64,000 nucleotides of DNA from Mobula birostris. Lineage: Eukaryota. The stretch's first letter is position 1. Every line of letters begins with the position of its first letter. The notes below the pieces were generated by a model, which was not told where the DNA came from, searched no databases, and was given only the letters and a program-made list of their open reading frames with translations. Shown here piece by piece: positions 38,065-52,539 of this stretch. A program made the position numbers and the translations under genes. Location: NCBI RefSeq assembly GCF_030028105.1, contig NC_092384.1, positions 29,756,546-29,820,545 on the forward strand. Direction: 5' to 3'.

Positions 38065-38590
38065 AGAGAGCTCAGGTTCAAAGATGCCACACAAGTTGAT
38101 AGATGGCTAGGAAGGCATATGATGTATTGCCTTTCATTAATCAGGGGATGGAGTTCAAGAGTGAGGTAGTGTTGTAGGTGTATACTCTGGTTGAACAACA
38201 CTTGGAATACTGTGTTCAGTTCTGGCTGCCTCATTATAGGAAGGATGTGGAAGCTTTAGGGCATGCAGAGGAGTTTTACCAGGATGCCGCCTGGTTTGGA
38301 GACCATGTCTTATGAGGGTAGGTTGAGTGAGCTGGGGCTTTTCTCCTTGGAGCAAAAAGGGAGATGAGAGATGACTTGATGGAGAGTACAAAATGATAAC
38401 AGGCATCTATCAAGTGAATAGCCAGAGACTTTCTCCAAGGTTGGAAATAGCTAGTACAAGGGGACATAAATTTAAGGTGATTGGAGGAAAGTATAGGGGG
38501 GATGTCAGACATAGGTTTTTTACACAGAGAGAGGAATGACGGGTGTGGTGGTAGAAGCAGATACGTTACAGTCATATAAGAATCTCCTGC
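38065..38590 (+). mobile_element. CR1 LINE 3' fragment
   Basis: Coding remnants of HLEYCVQFW.PHYRKDV and LSELGLFSLE. Confidence 0.75.
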
Positions 38591-38705
38591 GGCTATTAAC
38601 GCATGTGAACTTTTACAATTAATGCAATCTAATAATGAACATTGACAGCAATATTGCTATAGAATTATCAAATGAAGCAGCACTAATAAGCATTCTCATG
38701 GCATA

Positions 38706-39215
38706 ATCAGTGGTCAGTTTATTACATATCTTCTGTATGTTCATGGTCTTCTGCAGCTGTAGTCCATCCACTTTAAGGTTCGATGTGTTGTGCCTTCAGA
38801 GAGCCTCTTCTGTACACCACCGTTGTAGCGTGTGGTTATTTGAGTTACTGTCAGCTTGAACCAGTCTGGCCATTCTCTTCTGACCTCTCTCTAAGTAACA
38901 TGATGTTTTTACCAATAGAACTGCCACTCACTGTATGTTTTTTGTTGTTTTTCACACCTTTCTCTAGAGACTGTTGTGTGTGAGATCAGCAGTTTCTGTG
39001 TCACTCAAACCACCTCGTCTGGCACCAACAATCATTCCAAGGGTCAAAGTCACTTAGATCACATTCCTTCCCTTTCTGATGTTTAGTCTGAACAACAACT
39101 GAACCTCTTGACTATTTTTGCATGCTTTTATGCATTGAGTTGCTGCCACATGATTGCCTGATTATACATGTGCATTAATGAGCGGGTGTACCTAATAATG
39201 TGGCCTCTGAGTGTA
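38706..39215. mobile_element. Non-autonomous Tc1/mariner-type element
   Basis: Imperfect TIRs CAGTGGTCAGTTTATTA and TAATAATGTGGCCTCTGAGTG, the latter followed by TA. Confidence 0.6.
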
Positions 39216-39771
39216 ACTGACTGACTTCAGAATCACGCAGTTTCAATACGGTCATCTATTTAACTTACTGTCTTTTGGATCATCATTGAAATATTTTTCA
39301 GCAACTGTCTAATAGCCATGCTATTATGAAATTATTAGCAAAATTAATTCATGAAATTAATGGCAGATGAAATTTCCTATTTAAGTGAGATTGCCTTCAG
39401 AATTAGAATTTCATTTAATTATTTAAAATATATTTATGGGATGATCTCAATTGTTCTTGAGTTGGTGATGGGAAGCCACATTCTCCAACCATTCTAACCA
39501 CAGTGATTTTGGTTGACATATTCCAGACTTCATATCCTGGAACATTGAAGGAACAGTGATATATTTCCAAGAGGGGATATACTGTATATGACAGAGGGAA
39601 ACTGACTGTGCAAGTGATATTTTATGCAAGGTTTTGGTTTTTGTACACATACACATCTGCAGCTCTTTCAGAATAACATGAGAAATAGGGAGGTTTGCTG
39701 TTGATTGATAGTCAATATCATTTAGTTACAGGCTGACATTTCATACTACTCAAGTGTCACAAAAAAAGCAT

Positions 39772-39878
39772 CCTTCTGAAGGGTTTCGGCCTGAAACGTC
39801 GACTGTACTCTTTTCCTAGATGCTGCCTGGTTTGCTGAGTTCCTCCAGCATTTTGTGTGTGCTGCTCGGATCTCCAGT
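39772..39878 (+). repeat. Penelope-associated terminal-repeat fragment
   Basis: CTGAAGGGTTTCGGCCTGAAACGTCGACTGTACTC...CTGAGTTCCTCCAGC. Confidence 0.6.
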
Positions 39879-42800
39879 AGAAGATTGTCTAACTACCTAC
39901 TCTTGCCATTCAAATGTAAAGCCATCACTGAATCCTTCACCATCATTAATCTGAAGGGTCAGTATTAACCAGAGAATTAGCTGAATTAGTCACTTAAACA
40001 ACAGATTAAAGGCTAAGTAATCCCCCCTCAGAAGACACCGCAGACTCTTCCCATCATTTACAGGTTATACTATGCTGGAATATTTTTTGCTTGCTTGGAT
40101 GGTGTACCATTTAAATAATACTCAAGAAGCTTCACACTATTAAAGACAAAGCAATCCACTCAACTGTGGCACTATTTATCACTATAATGTTAGCTCCCAC
40201 CTTTGGTATGTGATGGTATGGTAGTCTACCATCACTGCAGGAATTGTATGTGTTCGGGACATAGAAGCAAGCAGGAAAAATTATTGTGGACATGAGCCAC
40301 CCTGCAAACTGCCTTTTCCAAAATTTCCCTTCTGCAAAATGCTATAGGGCTAATAAAAAAAAACTTCATGCCTTCTTAAAAGTTTCTTCCCCCACATTAT
40401 CTATTACCTCATTCACTGTAAACACTTTAAAACACTTTTTATAATGCTGTTTATATTCCAAATACATTCTGGTATTTATGTAGTAATGCACATTTAAATC
40501 CACATCTGTACTTTAACCTCGAACTTATTTTTATATAATTCATCATTCTTTATAATTACTGCTTGTTGTCTTGCATGTCACACCAATACACCACCGCAAA
40601 TATCTAAAACATGTACATTTATATGGCGAATAAAGTTGATCCTTGATGATAGCTGCAGTGCATACCATCTGCAAAACACACTGCAATTAATTGTCAAGAC
40701 TACTCTGATATTATTTCCCAAAACTCAGACCTCATACTGGATTTGTTCATGAGTGATGGACCAACTTCAGTCAATATTCTGACAGTGAGTGCATATTTTT
40801 GCTTGTAACGACCAAATTCAATTTAGTTTTTGAAAAGGAGATATATAAAGCAGCTACAATGATTGTAGATTTTGGTTGGGTTGACTCTACTGCGATAAAG
40901 CAGAGATTGCCTGCAGTAAACTATGGGTAGAATGACTGAATAATGAGAAGGCTGAACCTTTCAGGCTGAGGTAGAAGCAAGGATAAGCTTTCATTCGTTA
41001 AGGTGTCTCTATGGTAACCCTCTAGAATAACTCTCCAAGGGGATGCTAAGACTCTCCACGGGGGTGTTCGCATTGTTGGGCTTAGGATTGAAGGATGAAC
41101 ACCTGGTACCTTAAAACCAGAAAATCTGGGCATGTTGGTCATATACAGCAGCTCAACTAAGAGGAAAGCTCTAATATTAAACCATCAATGTGCTATAGGA
41201 AACCTCAATAGAGATTAAGAAATGCAAATTTAGGGAAGCAAAGCCAATAGAAATATGGAGTCGAGCACTGGATATGGTCTGATGCTAATCTTATTATCCT
41301 ACTACAACTGCTGCAGCCAAAGTGATACAGAATTATGTAGGTGCCTGGCCTTGCCTTGGATCATATCAGTAATATCAAAAGGGGTCTTTGGTGTTACTTG
41401 GATGATACAAGACTTCTACATTCTCTACTCCTGGCTTGTAACTTGGAAGGAAACTTCAGATTTGCTTCAGAGCATTGACACAACACAGGAAGTCAGCAAT
41501 TCCCGTAATGAACATTTTCACATTTGGTGCAGAGGATGGGTTCCAGACTCTTGCTGCAGTATTTGGAGAGATCTTCAGATCTTGCTCTACTGCTATTGGT
41601 TATCAAAAGGAGGGTGGCCTCCAGCCAGTTATGGTGCTGCTTCACCACAAGGTACATTGAAATTCAGGGTGTACATCTGACAAGAAGATTGTAGCCACTG
41701 CACAAAGGCAAACAAGACCGAGCTTAAGCTTTCAAATTGCAAGGTGTGAACCATGACAACTGTTCTGTGTGAAGATCTACAGGCAAAATGCAGTGTTCAC
41801 TAGATGGCCACAATTAATAATATTTCAAAACAACTTCACATTGACATAGGTACTCTTCAGGAAACCAGGTATTATCAGTTAGATCCATCAGGAAGAAAAC
41901 TACGACTTCTGACGAAGGAAGAAATTACATGTGACCAAGAAAGATGGAATAGGAATTGCTACAGGACACAGTGTTGAGGATGATAGGGTAACATCAAAGG
42001 ATACTTGTGACACTTGGCCTTCTCCTGAGGCAAAAGATTTGTTTACAATGTACTAAAGCCACCAAATTTCAGTTTCAAACATGAGCAAATCGTATCTTTT
42101 AATGTGAGAGTAGACACTGATCATGATTCCTGGTTATATAGCTTCTGAAAAATAAATTAATATGGCTGAGATTCCTTGCATTTTGCTCTTACCATGAACT
42201 TTGTAGCACCAAATCATTCTTCTAAGATAGCTTTCGAACAAGGTGTCATGAAAACATTCCATCAGGCCATCGGCAACAACTTGTTTATTGCATCATTAGA
42301 CATATCAATCTGAAAGGTATCTTCTTTACCCATAGTTATCCAAGTGTGTGGACTGTGAAGCCAGTCCTTGGAATGTTTCAGTGTCAAACTACAGCCTTAC
42401 TTCCAAGGAAGGTTTGCCATTCTAAGCAGAAAGGAGTTCCTTATATCAAAGATGGCAAAATATTGGAACCAAAGCATTCGAAGAAAGTGCTACTCTCGAG
42501 CGTCTGCCCTGATTTTGCACTGAAGTGGGAACACCTAATAATGCCCTCCACAGCAGCTGGAAAACCACAATGCAGGACAAGAGACTGGTTTATGGTCCAC
42601 TCGATTAGTGAACCTAATTATCCCATTGCAAAGTGCCCAACGATAACGATAGCTAATCCCAAACCAAAAAAATGTTGCCAGCAAGGCAGGTAGAACAGAA
42701 ACACAGTAAAACAAATGGCAAAGGCACTGTACCAATCACGATAGAATGTTGCTGTCTGGAGGAACCCAAACATCATGTAATGAAGGTCCGTCACTGATTA

Positions 42801-42912
42801 CGGATGGCACATGGCGCACTCGGTAAAACGCTCATCCCCAGCAGTAATAGTGACTGGGTCTGAACCAGAGCTGCTGCATGGAGCTGTCTCATATAGAGGC
42901 AGCAGCAACCTG

Positions 42913-43037
42913 TCTGTCTGTCTGTGTTTTGTTTTATGGCAGTTGGCAGCCAGCTTAATAGTGCATTACTGCCACCTTCTGCTCCGGAGTGTGCAATAGA
43001 CGTACAGACATACATTCTAAATCCCTTCACCCAATCA

Positions 43038-43078
<41 letters not shown>

Positions 43079-44325
43079 CCTAACCTATACTTTATCCTCC
43101 CGTCTTTGGCCATCCTAGTACCCTACTCCTGTTTATCCATCATATACTATAACAAACCCCTGTACCCCTTAAGAAAGCTAAAAATACCCTAACCTGTGCT
43201 GTCTCACCTATGCCCAGCAACCCTTTTAATGTGAATTCCTGTACTCCCAATTCCATTGTTTAATTCTCATCATCTCTCTCTGTATCCCATACTTCCTGCG
43301 ACTCAGAACTACATGTTCTACTGAATCCTCTTCCTGACATTCCTCACACAATCCTGTCGGGTGTTTCCCTATCATTTTCAATGTTTTGTTTAATCCACAG
43401 TGTCCCAGCCTTAACCTAGTCCACACAGTTTCCTCTCTTCTGTATCCACTACCTACCCTAGTACCTGCAATACTTTTTTGTATTTGATATAAATGCCTCC
43501 CTTTCCCCTCCCTGTCCCATCTTTCATGCCACATTTGGTTGATTTTTTCCCAGATTACACACTTAACCTCTGCTTTACTGATACTAATGTGCATTTCCAC
43601 ATTTTCTTTCTTTAACGCCCTCTTTGCCAACTCATCCACCCTCTCATTCTCCTTCACTCCTACATATGCTGGAACCCATAGAAATTTTACCTGGCCTCCC
43701 TGATTCGCAATTCTTGCAACTAACTGAAGGACTTCATAAGATACATCTTGCCGACTGTTTGGGTGAAAAGACCTTAAACTTGCTCTAGCATATCTGAGCA
43801 CATCAATGCTTTGATTTGTCTGGCTTTCTGCACCCATTGCAATGCAACCAACACTGCCAGCATCTCCACTGTAAACACCCCTAACTTATTAGATGTTCTT
43901 CTGCTGATTCCAATTTCTTTTGCTGGTATAACCACCCCAAACCCTGCCACTGCTGTTTCGGGTTCCTTCGCACCATCCATATAAATGTGAGTATAATCAC
44001 TATACTTTTCCATCACATGACAGTTAAATGCATTTACCAAATCAGTTTTATATTTTCCTTTCCTTTTTACCTCTAACAAATGCCAGTCTATGTCAGGCCA
44101 TACAAGCTTCCATGGAGCTACAACCGGATAAACTACCGAAGGACTTATCCTTAGATCAAACACTCCACATTCTTTAGCAATATTATTCCCTACCCGACTA
44201 AAGGTATCCCTCTGAAACCTCCCATTTTCACAGCGCTCCTGCAACACTCCTTTAGCAGGGTGAGAATCATTGTGCCCCCCGCAAGTTGGCCCAGTAGTTT
44301 GCCATCAGCTGCATCCTTCTTAGTT
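42913..44325 (-). mobile_element. 5'-truncated Nimb-like (I group) LINE with RNase H domain; 14-bp TSD
   Basis: IYMDGAK, VEMLAVLVALQW, CSD, FLWVPAYVGVKENERVDELAK, RLRLGH, C-terminal CEEC..EH; TSD GCAGCAGCAACCTG at 42899-42912 and 44326-44339; (CAGA)n tail. Confidence 0.9.
43040..43075 (+). repeat. (CA)n microsatellite inside the LINE 3'UTR
   Basis: Perfect CA run. Confidence 0.95.
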
Positions 44326-45427
44326 GCAGCAGCAACCTGCACAGGTGTGCTGATGGTGGAGGATGCCATCTTTAATTGGATAATTGAGTTAATTAGCTTT
44401 TGGTTGGTCTAGGGGGCGGGGCTTAGCGGTTATAAGCCTCAGGTTACCAAGGCTTTGGGGTTAGTTTTCTTTGGTGTTTAGTCTGAGGGTGGCTATATAT
44501 ATATTGTTTTCTTCCCAGTTTTTGTCTTGTTTTGAGGTAAATAAAAGCACCTCAATTTATTTTTGTGACTCAAGCCATCTGGTTATTTTTCTTAAACAAT
44601 TGACCCACAGTTTTTTGTGACACACCAGTGGACAAAGGCAAAAATTAGAGACATGGGTGAGGACAGTAATTGTAATTGGACCACCTTGAAACAAGACAGC
44701 CCGCCTTCAATCAGGACAGTAGATTACAGATGAACAGGCAAAGCAAATAGATCATAGAGCAGTACTCAGAGTTGTACTTCAAAATTTCTGTCAAAGCAAA
44801 GACAGTCAAGCAATACACATGGGAGAAAAGAGCTCACAAGAAAAAAATAGCTACGCCTACTCTTGAGTTCAGCAGATGCTATTGGGAAGACATTACACTG
44901 TGTTGGCTTCCATAAAGAAGATACTGCTCTGCCGCAGATTGAGGATGCAATCTAGGATACAAATTCATGGCCTTTGAGTGGGAACTCTACAGGAAATAAC
45001 ATAATGTGCTTCAATTCCCAACAGAAGGATGAAAAACTTCACCATGATGATGGCTGCCTGGCCTTCCTCTGCAGCAAGCAGATGTTGGCATCTGCTTGGG
45101 GATTCAATGCAGCAGTAACGTTAGTCATCAGATAATGAATTATTGGGTTTGCAGGCGTACAACTACAGTTGCCTACCGAGCCCATATTGGAAAAGCCAGG
45201 ATTCAAACTCAGTTCAGAGCCCCACTTCATGCTCCTTGACAGTGCACAGCATCTGCCAAAGTACTGGGTAGTTCGTTGTGCCCACTTTTCAGCCATCTTC
45301 TGCAAACTCCCCCGTCAAAGTGTGGATTAGACTTCTCTACTGTGCAATGTATGCATGGCTTCTCCTACAGTGGGGGCATCTACTTTATCCTACCTTCCAC
45401 ACCTCTTATCACCACCTACTGAGTAAA

Positions 45428-45800
45428 TAACCATATAACTATATAACAATTACAGCACGGAAACAGGCCATCTTGGCCCTTGTAGTCCGTGCCGAACGCT
45501 TACTCTCACCTAGTCCCACCGACCTGCACTCAGCCCATAACCCTCCATTCCTTTCCTGTCCATCTATCTATCCAATTTAACTTTAAATGACAACATCGAA
45601 GCTGCCTCAACCACTTTTGCTGGAAGCTTGTTCCACCCAGCTACCACTCTCTGACTAAAGAAGTTCCCCCTCATGTTACCCCTAAACTTTTGCCCTTTAA
45701 CTCTCAGCTCACGTCCTCTTGTTTGAATCTCCCCCACTCTCAATGGAAAAAGCCTATCCACATCAACCCTATCTATCCCCCTCATAACTTTAAATACCTC
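45428..45800 (-). mobile_element. CR1 LINE extreme 3' fragment
   Basis: EVFKVMRGIDRVD...RGNFFSQRVV..WNKLP. Confidence 0.8.
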
Positions 45801-46472
45801 TGTCACTGACTTCTGACTTCTGAATAGATTCACTACCCTTCCAATAGTGTGTTAGTGTATTAGTGCAATGTGTCAATGTGTTTGGTGAGATTCCTATCAT
45901 GATTAAGTAATGTATGTGCGAATTTTGAGGCAAAGGTGTGCACCTTGTAGCGAGTTGTGAGAGTACAGACATTAGCTACGAATCCATATTGATAGAGATT
46001 GTTGGACTGTGAGTGATGGAGGTGTGGAATGTCGAGCAGCATCCTAGGTTAGCTAAAATGCTTGGCATTTGAAGATGCATTCACAAACCTTACCCATATT
46101 CAAAGTTAATATTTTTTTTGGAGAAAAATTTCCTGATCATTTGGAACTTGACTCCTGGTGTTGCCTGTCACAGCTATCTCCTCTCTCTTCCTTCACGCTG
46201 AGTTCTTGAAAGGTCACCTTGAACCCGTTTCAAAGAAAAACTTTACATCTCAACAATCTAGTCAAATTTCCTGGTCACCATTACAAAGACTTTTTTTTAA
46301 ATCTAGTTATTTAAATGATCACAGATGTTGTGGTACAATACAATCTAACGCCTCTGTAATGTTAATCCAGCCCTGAGTCCAGAATCCTAACCTTTACCCA
46401 GCCATTGTACCACAGACAGTATTTTTATATGTTCTAGTGTCAGTCATTCACGAGATAAGTGCTTACTCCTCA

Positions 46473-46988
46473 AGGCTGATTTATACTTCTGCGTCAAGTC
46501 AATGCCATGGGTACGGCATCGCCGCAAACCCTACGCGGAGCCTACGGGGATCCCTACGCTGTAGCCTGACGCGCACCTCTCCCAAAATGTTACCACATGT
46601 CGCGGCAACGCAGACCGCAACAACTGTGATTGGTCCGCCTGGTAGCATTACATTTCCTCCTACGCTGCAATAGCTTCCCATTGGGCGACTGAAGGGCAGG
46701 GAAGGAACTCTGGCTGCATGGCTTTCCATAAAGCTTTACAGACCTCCGAAATTATGGAGGACAAATTTCGCTTTTATGAAAAAAGTCGCTCGCTTTAAAC
46801 TTGTTTACCCCGAGAAAGACTACCATGACCATGAAGCCTTGCACGGGCAGGAGTGTGTGCATGCGCGACGTGCCTGAATCGCAGAGTGATGCAGACACAC
46901 CAACGTACAAGTATAAAATGCTCACAACGCGCCTAGCCCACTTGCGTAGGTTACGGCGTCGATTTGACGCAGAAGTATAAGTCAGCCT
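46473..46988. mobile_element. PIF/Harbinger-type MITE (516 bp)
   Basis: 25-bp TIR AGGCTGATTTATACTTCTGCGTCAA with one mismatch; flanks TCA and TAA; CpG-rich interior, no transposase. Confidence 0.85.
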
Positions 46989-49923
46989 TAAGGCAATAAG
47001 CAAATGGAATGCAGTTAACACAGGTACCATACGGTAAACATGCAAACAAGAGGGTAGTGTGAAGTTGTATTTCCTTTATCTGAGGCACTTGTTTGGAATA
47101 ATAGTGACCATCATTTCCATTCTTGTTTTAGGAGAAGTTTAACTCTCTTTAACCTTCATTTATTAGCTATTATATTTTGAAGTTTGTAACAATTTTTTCC
47201 TAGGTTAAGACCTGGTTCTCTGAAAGTTTCCAGTGTTATGATGACAGACCTCTTATTACTGGGTTCAACTCCCTCTTCCTCCCTTGGCACCAGTCTCACA
47301 TTGTAAGGAAAAACGGAGAACAGCGGTCAGGAATTCTATATTTTTTACCCTCACATTTCTCACCAAACTCAACTGCATTCCATCTGGACTGTGTGAATTT
47401 GAATGCTGCCAACATTTTAAGTATCTGCTTTTTACCTATTTTTATCCAATGTCTGAATGTCCTTTACTGCTCTTTGGCAACAATCTCTTCTTTAGTGGTT
47501 TCCAAAATAACTTATTTTTATCTCATTAGTCACCCTCAATTTTCTTTTGACTAACTTTTATTAGTACAGGAAACCCTGTGGCTATTTGGGTTTTGGAAAT
47601 ACACTCCAAGAGAATTCACAAATCGCTACTCAAGAATTTGAGATACAGAATAAAATTTGCTCTTGCAAAATTTATGCAAAAAATGTATATTTTCTAACTT
47701 GCACTTCATGACATATGCAGATGACGCAACCCCACAATGTAGGTAATTAGAGTATAGATTTATAGCATAAGATTATTTGTTAGAAACAGTATAATCTTAA
47801 TTTGGCTGCATTCACTAAATAACAAAGGACTGACACAAGTTACTTTATATAAAGAAAATATTGCATTTAACATACATTTTAACTGTTAAATTTACAAGTG
47901 AGGTCACTTTTATTTAAGTTAATTGGTGTTTCATAGCTTGTGTAGGTTAAATTTGAGAATTCTTTAACTGAGAGCTAAAGCTACTACTAATAATGAAGTT
48001 ACATTTATATGCCTCTTTCTATCCTCAGGATCTCCATTAAAGATTGACAGTCAGGAAAACAATTTTGAAGTAAAAAAAATAAAAACAAATGCAAGTGCAT
48101 TAACAACATAAAATCCATTTTAACAGGGTGAAGGATAAAATTTGGCCAAGTACTTATTCCCCTTGAATTATATCATAAGAGGTTTTGCATCCATGTGGGA
48201 GAGTAGATATCTCTTTGATTTATTATCGAGAATCAGGACTTTCTAGAACTTGATCACCCATTTGGAGTTAAAATAGGATTTTTGAACTTTTCTACCCAAA
48301 TGAATTGTGGTAATCTGTCATTGATTGCACTTAAAACAGATGTAATCTGACTTTTGGAATTGAGGAGTATGGGAATAGATAAAGAAAATGATTCTGAAGT
48401 AGAAGTTCTGCCACGATTTTGTTGAAAGCTGCAGAAGTCTGCAGAGGCTGCATGGCTTTCTCCTGCTCATTTTCCTTCTGTAATTATGTACATATCCTTT
48501 ACTCTCATTGATCACTTTATTATTTGCACCTTCTCAAGGCAGATCAACTGCAAATAACAAGCTTTCACTAACCTCTCTATGCTGATGTCACTGCTTTTTG
48601 TCCTATTCCATCTCTCTCTTGGTCTCTGTTGATCACAGATATTTCCTTTATTCTCTCCTCTCCCATTCCTTCACTGTAACTTTTCCTAATTTTAAAAAAG
48701 GGTCACCAACTTGAAAACTTAGCTCTCTCCACATATGCTGTCTGTCCAACTCAGTATTTTCTCTCCATTGCTCATTTCCTTCCTACAGTTTTCTTCCAGA
48801 GATGGGTAGCTTCTGGAAAGTTGTACACCAAATAAACAAAGTTGCAACCCAGATGCTATCAGATGATTATCCTTAAAATTATACAATCTTAAAGCAGCAT
48901 TGATCTTAACAATCAATATAATGTAGGCACACACAACACAATTTGCATTCATTTCTTTAAAATATTCAGTATTTTTAATATCTTGAGCAATAATTGGTAA
49001 CAGTTTGACTGTTTTCTGTTTTGATATGCAAAACTGATATCATGAAATAAAGTTTGGCAAGATGTATTTATTAAATTAAGATTAATGTTATAGTAAAAAG
49101 CTGATGTCTCTGCTTTTTGATTTCTTTATATGGGGATATTTCAGCTTCCCAATTATGTAATAACATTCTGTACTACCACGATGATTCTACAAACAACAAC
49201 CTTTTCAATTTTGTTTCAAGTCTAGCTTCAATACTGCTTAACATTGCTCAACTGACAGAGATGTGATTGTATTGAGCTCGCAGTTATGTAGATGATCCGC
49301 TTTTGCAGGAGGGTATATTCTATACAAATAGTCTGGAAGCAAAATGTTCCATGATATATCGACAAACTGCAAACATGAACTCTTCATTAGAATATCATTC
49401 CTTAGACATTCTTTCCCTGTGATATATTTCCAGTGTTAACTATCAGATTATTTTGCATTTGAAAGGACAATAAAAAAATAAAATATATTTCTGGATAACT
49501 GCTATAAGATAATGGTTTGGAAATGCAAATCTTAAAAACAATCATTTATATGTTGTATTATATTGAAAAACTGTTAAATGCAAATCAAGGTAAATGAATA
49601 GAATTAATGTTTATGACTGATATTCATCAGAAGACTAGCCCATATTTACATTTCTTGGATGAAACACACTCTGCTTCTGTCACTTGTAATAATAAGAACA
49701 TAATGAGGGTGAAAATGGAACTGAAGGGATTTAATATGGATGCAAATCAAAAATGACAAATAGGAAAGCTGTGGATTAAATAATAAAGGAATATAAAAAT
49801 AAATAGGAACTGCTCTAAACACCTAATACATGATAGAAATCAAGTGACAAACCAATGCTCAAAACTAACTCATGGACAATAACAGTGACTTTTCCTCAGC
49901 ACATAACAGCAAGACTGAAAATC

Positions 49924-50165
49924 TAGATTAGATTAGATTAGATTCAATGTCATTGTCATTGTGCCAAGTACAGATACAAAGCCAATGAAATGCAGTTAGC
50001 ACCTAACCAGAGATGCAAAGAATAGTGTTATTTACAAAATAACTGCGAATAAAAAGTAAGTGCTACAGCACACAAATATAAAAGTACTGGGACAGTACAA
50101 TATGGGTGCAATACTGCTTAGCGCTGTGATGTAAGGTTCAGCAGGGTCACAGCCTCAGGGAAGAA
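49924..50165 (-). mobile_element. Rex1/Babar-type LINE 3' end with (ATCTA)n tail
   Basis: Minus-strand CTTCCCTGAGGCTGTGACCCTGCTGAAC (FPEAVTLLN); AGATT tandem repeats on the + strand. Confidence 0.6.
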
Positions 50166-51834
50166 TAAAAAATATATCCTAACTGCCAAGAATTTAATCC
50201 GATCTGCACTTTGTGTTTGTTACCACCACTGTCCTCTTCATGTACGCCATGGATATAGTAATGAACGAGGGACATACTGAGATCCTGAGCATCCTCCACC
50301 GGGATGCCCTTGTGCCCTCTTAAGGTTCTTTGTTTTAAATGCCCTTCAACTGTTTCTAAATGATAATTAGAAATACGTAAAAGCAGTAGCAATGGATAGT
50401 AAAAATGTCACTTTACATACAAATTAAGTGATATTTAATTTAGAAAACAATAATGATTAAACAAAATACAATCCATTTACCTTTTCAATCCACTCATGTT
50501 TTGTAAGGAAGGTTGGTTTAAAGCTTTAAGGTCATATCAGTAAGAAGTAAGTTAACTTGACTGAGCTCCAGCCCTAGATTCAGTGATAAGTCAGCAGTGG
50601 AATGAAGGGTTAGATGTACTATCATCTGATCTCCAGCTCATTCTTGACTTCCGCACTGCAATCTACAAAATTTAATGTTTAGGAACATGCTGACCTGCTC
50701 AATGTTTCATCTGGTAGTTTTTTTAACTACTGCCAGCTGGATGACTCAGGATTGAATTTCAGGATGATTCAAGACTTTAAGATTGAAGGGTGTGGGATGA
50801 TTGATATTTAAATATAGAGAGCACATTTTATATTACATTTTATGGGGTGCATGTAAAATAACTAGAATCAACCACCAGTACACTACAGTGTGGGATGAAC
50901 ATATTTCATAGAGCTTGTAGTACAGAAACATATCACTTGTTCAGGGCAGTCTCTGCCAACATGCATGTAACCATATGAGCCCCCACATACTTTTTCACAT
51001 CTAACTTATTGGCATCTCTTTCATTCTCTCTAATATTGCTTTACAGCTTCCCCTTAATTACACTTGTGCTATATGTCTTAACTACTTTTTGTCATATATA
51101 TTAAGTTCTATATTCTTATGGCACTTAGCATAAAGAAAATTCATGAATTTCATAATAGATTAAATAATAACTATCTTATTTTATAGACAAATTTGCAGTA
51201 TACCCCATATATTTTCTTGATATCTGTCCTATCAAGTCTCTTGCTAATTTTAAAGGCAATCATTCTTTTATAAGAGAAACAATTCATTATATAAAATACA
51301 AAATACAGTATATGAATAATATACTGTTTAATAAATATAAGATGGTTACATTATTAGGCGAAATAAAGTAAAGGGAAGTAAGTATTTTGAAACCTCTGAA
51401 AGACAGTTATTAGTTTTTATGGTTTAATAATACTGTGGCGGTAGCTCATTACATTCGTTATCAGTGGTTTAAAATCTAATAGAGTGCGTCAACTTTTGAA
51501 TTCAGTTGTCCCCTGAAGAAAATGTTCAAAAAAAGTAGTGGGAATGATTTACAGGTACAGTACCGGGATGGAATTTGATTTTGCTTTCAACAATCGATTA
51601 AAAGTGAATAGAGCTGAACCTGTTTTTGTAAGAAACTATTCCAATGCATCTGAAGCCATTGGTGATTTAGTTCCGTAAAGTTTATTTTGGAAACGGGGTA
51701 ATTGATTCGGGGTTACAATAACATGGGTGGAAAGTGTCAGTGGAGTTGCCAGAGATAAATGGGTGAAAGTATAGAATGTGCCTGCCTGCTGGGACCGGCA
51801 AGGTTTCAGTCCGGAATGCAAGTCGCATTTTTAC

Positions 51835-51900
51835 CTTTTTCTTGGATCGCTTTGATTTCTTCGACATGTTCTTCATCTTCTTATGGAGATGAAACAAGAT
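51835..51900 (-). CDS. galr1b: GALR1b-like coding exon 2 (ICL3, 66 nt)
   Basis: TCTCCTTTAG|ATC...AAG|GTAAAA; ILFHLHKKMKNMSKKSKRSKKK versus human GALR1 VLNHLHKKLKNMSKKSEASKKK. Confidence 0.92.
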
Positions 51901-52539
51901 CTAAAGGAGACACAACTGCGATGAAAGAACAGCTATGCGAAACGCCCCTTTGATTTACAAGTACTTATTAACGATTACTGATAAAATAAAAGTAAGCAAT
52001 TGCGTGTGTATATCTCAACGCAGTTTACTGCGGAGGTAAACATCCAACTTCGCTAAATATTAAACGAATTAGAGAGGCACTTCCAATAATATGGCATAGA
52101 ATTCTGAGCAGTTCCTGTCCGATAAGGGAACAATCCTAGCAACCAGGTTGTATGCACTCCCGGTAATATCAAAACATATCACACTTTATATAAACTTAAT
52201 TAAACTGGACGTGCTCAAGTATTATTCATTGGCGAAGGTGCTCGGATCCGAAACGTTCACTGATTCTCTTTTTACGGACGTTGAGTAGCCTGCCGAGAGT
52301 TCCTCGCATTTTGTTTTACTTCAGATATCTAGCACCCTTAGTTTTTTAAAAAAAATCATGATCTCGGGTTTTGGAATTATACCATGATTTATTGGACTTC
52401 GAAACACACGCAATTAATTGTTTCTTTCGATAAGCAAGACTTCAGAGACTGGATTATAATTCTCTACTCTACCGATTTTTAAATGAAACTGCTGTCTGGA
52501 TTGTGAATAAAAAAAAAGGAAATCGGCTGAGGAAATCAG

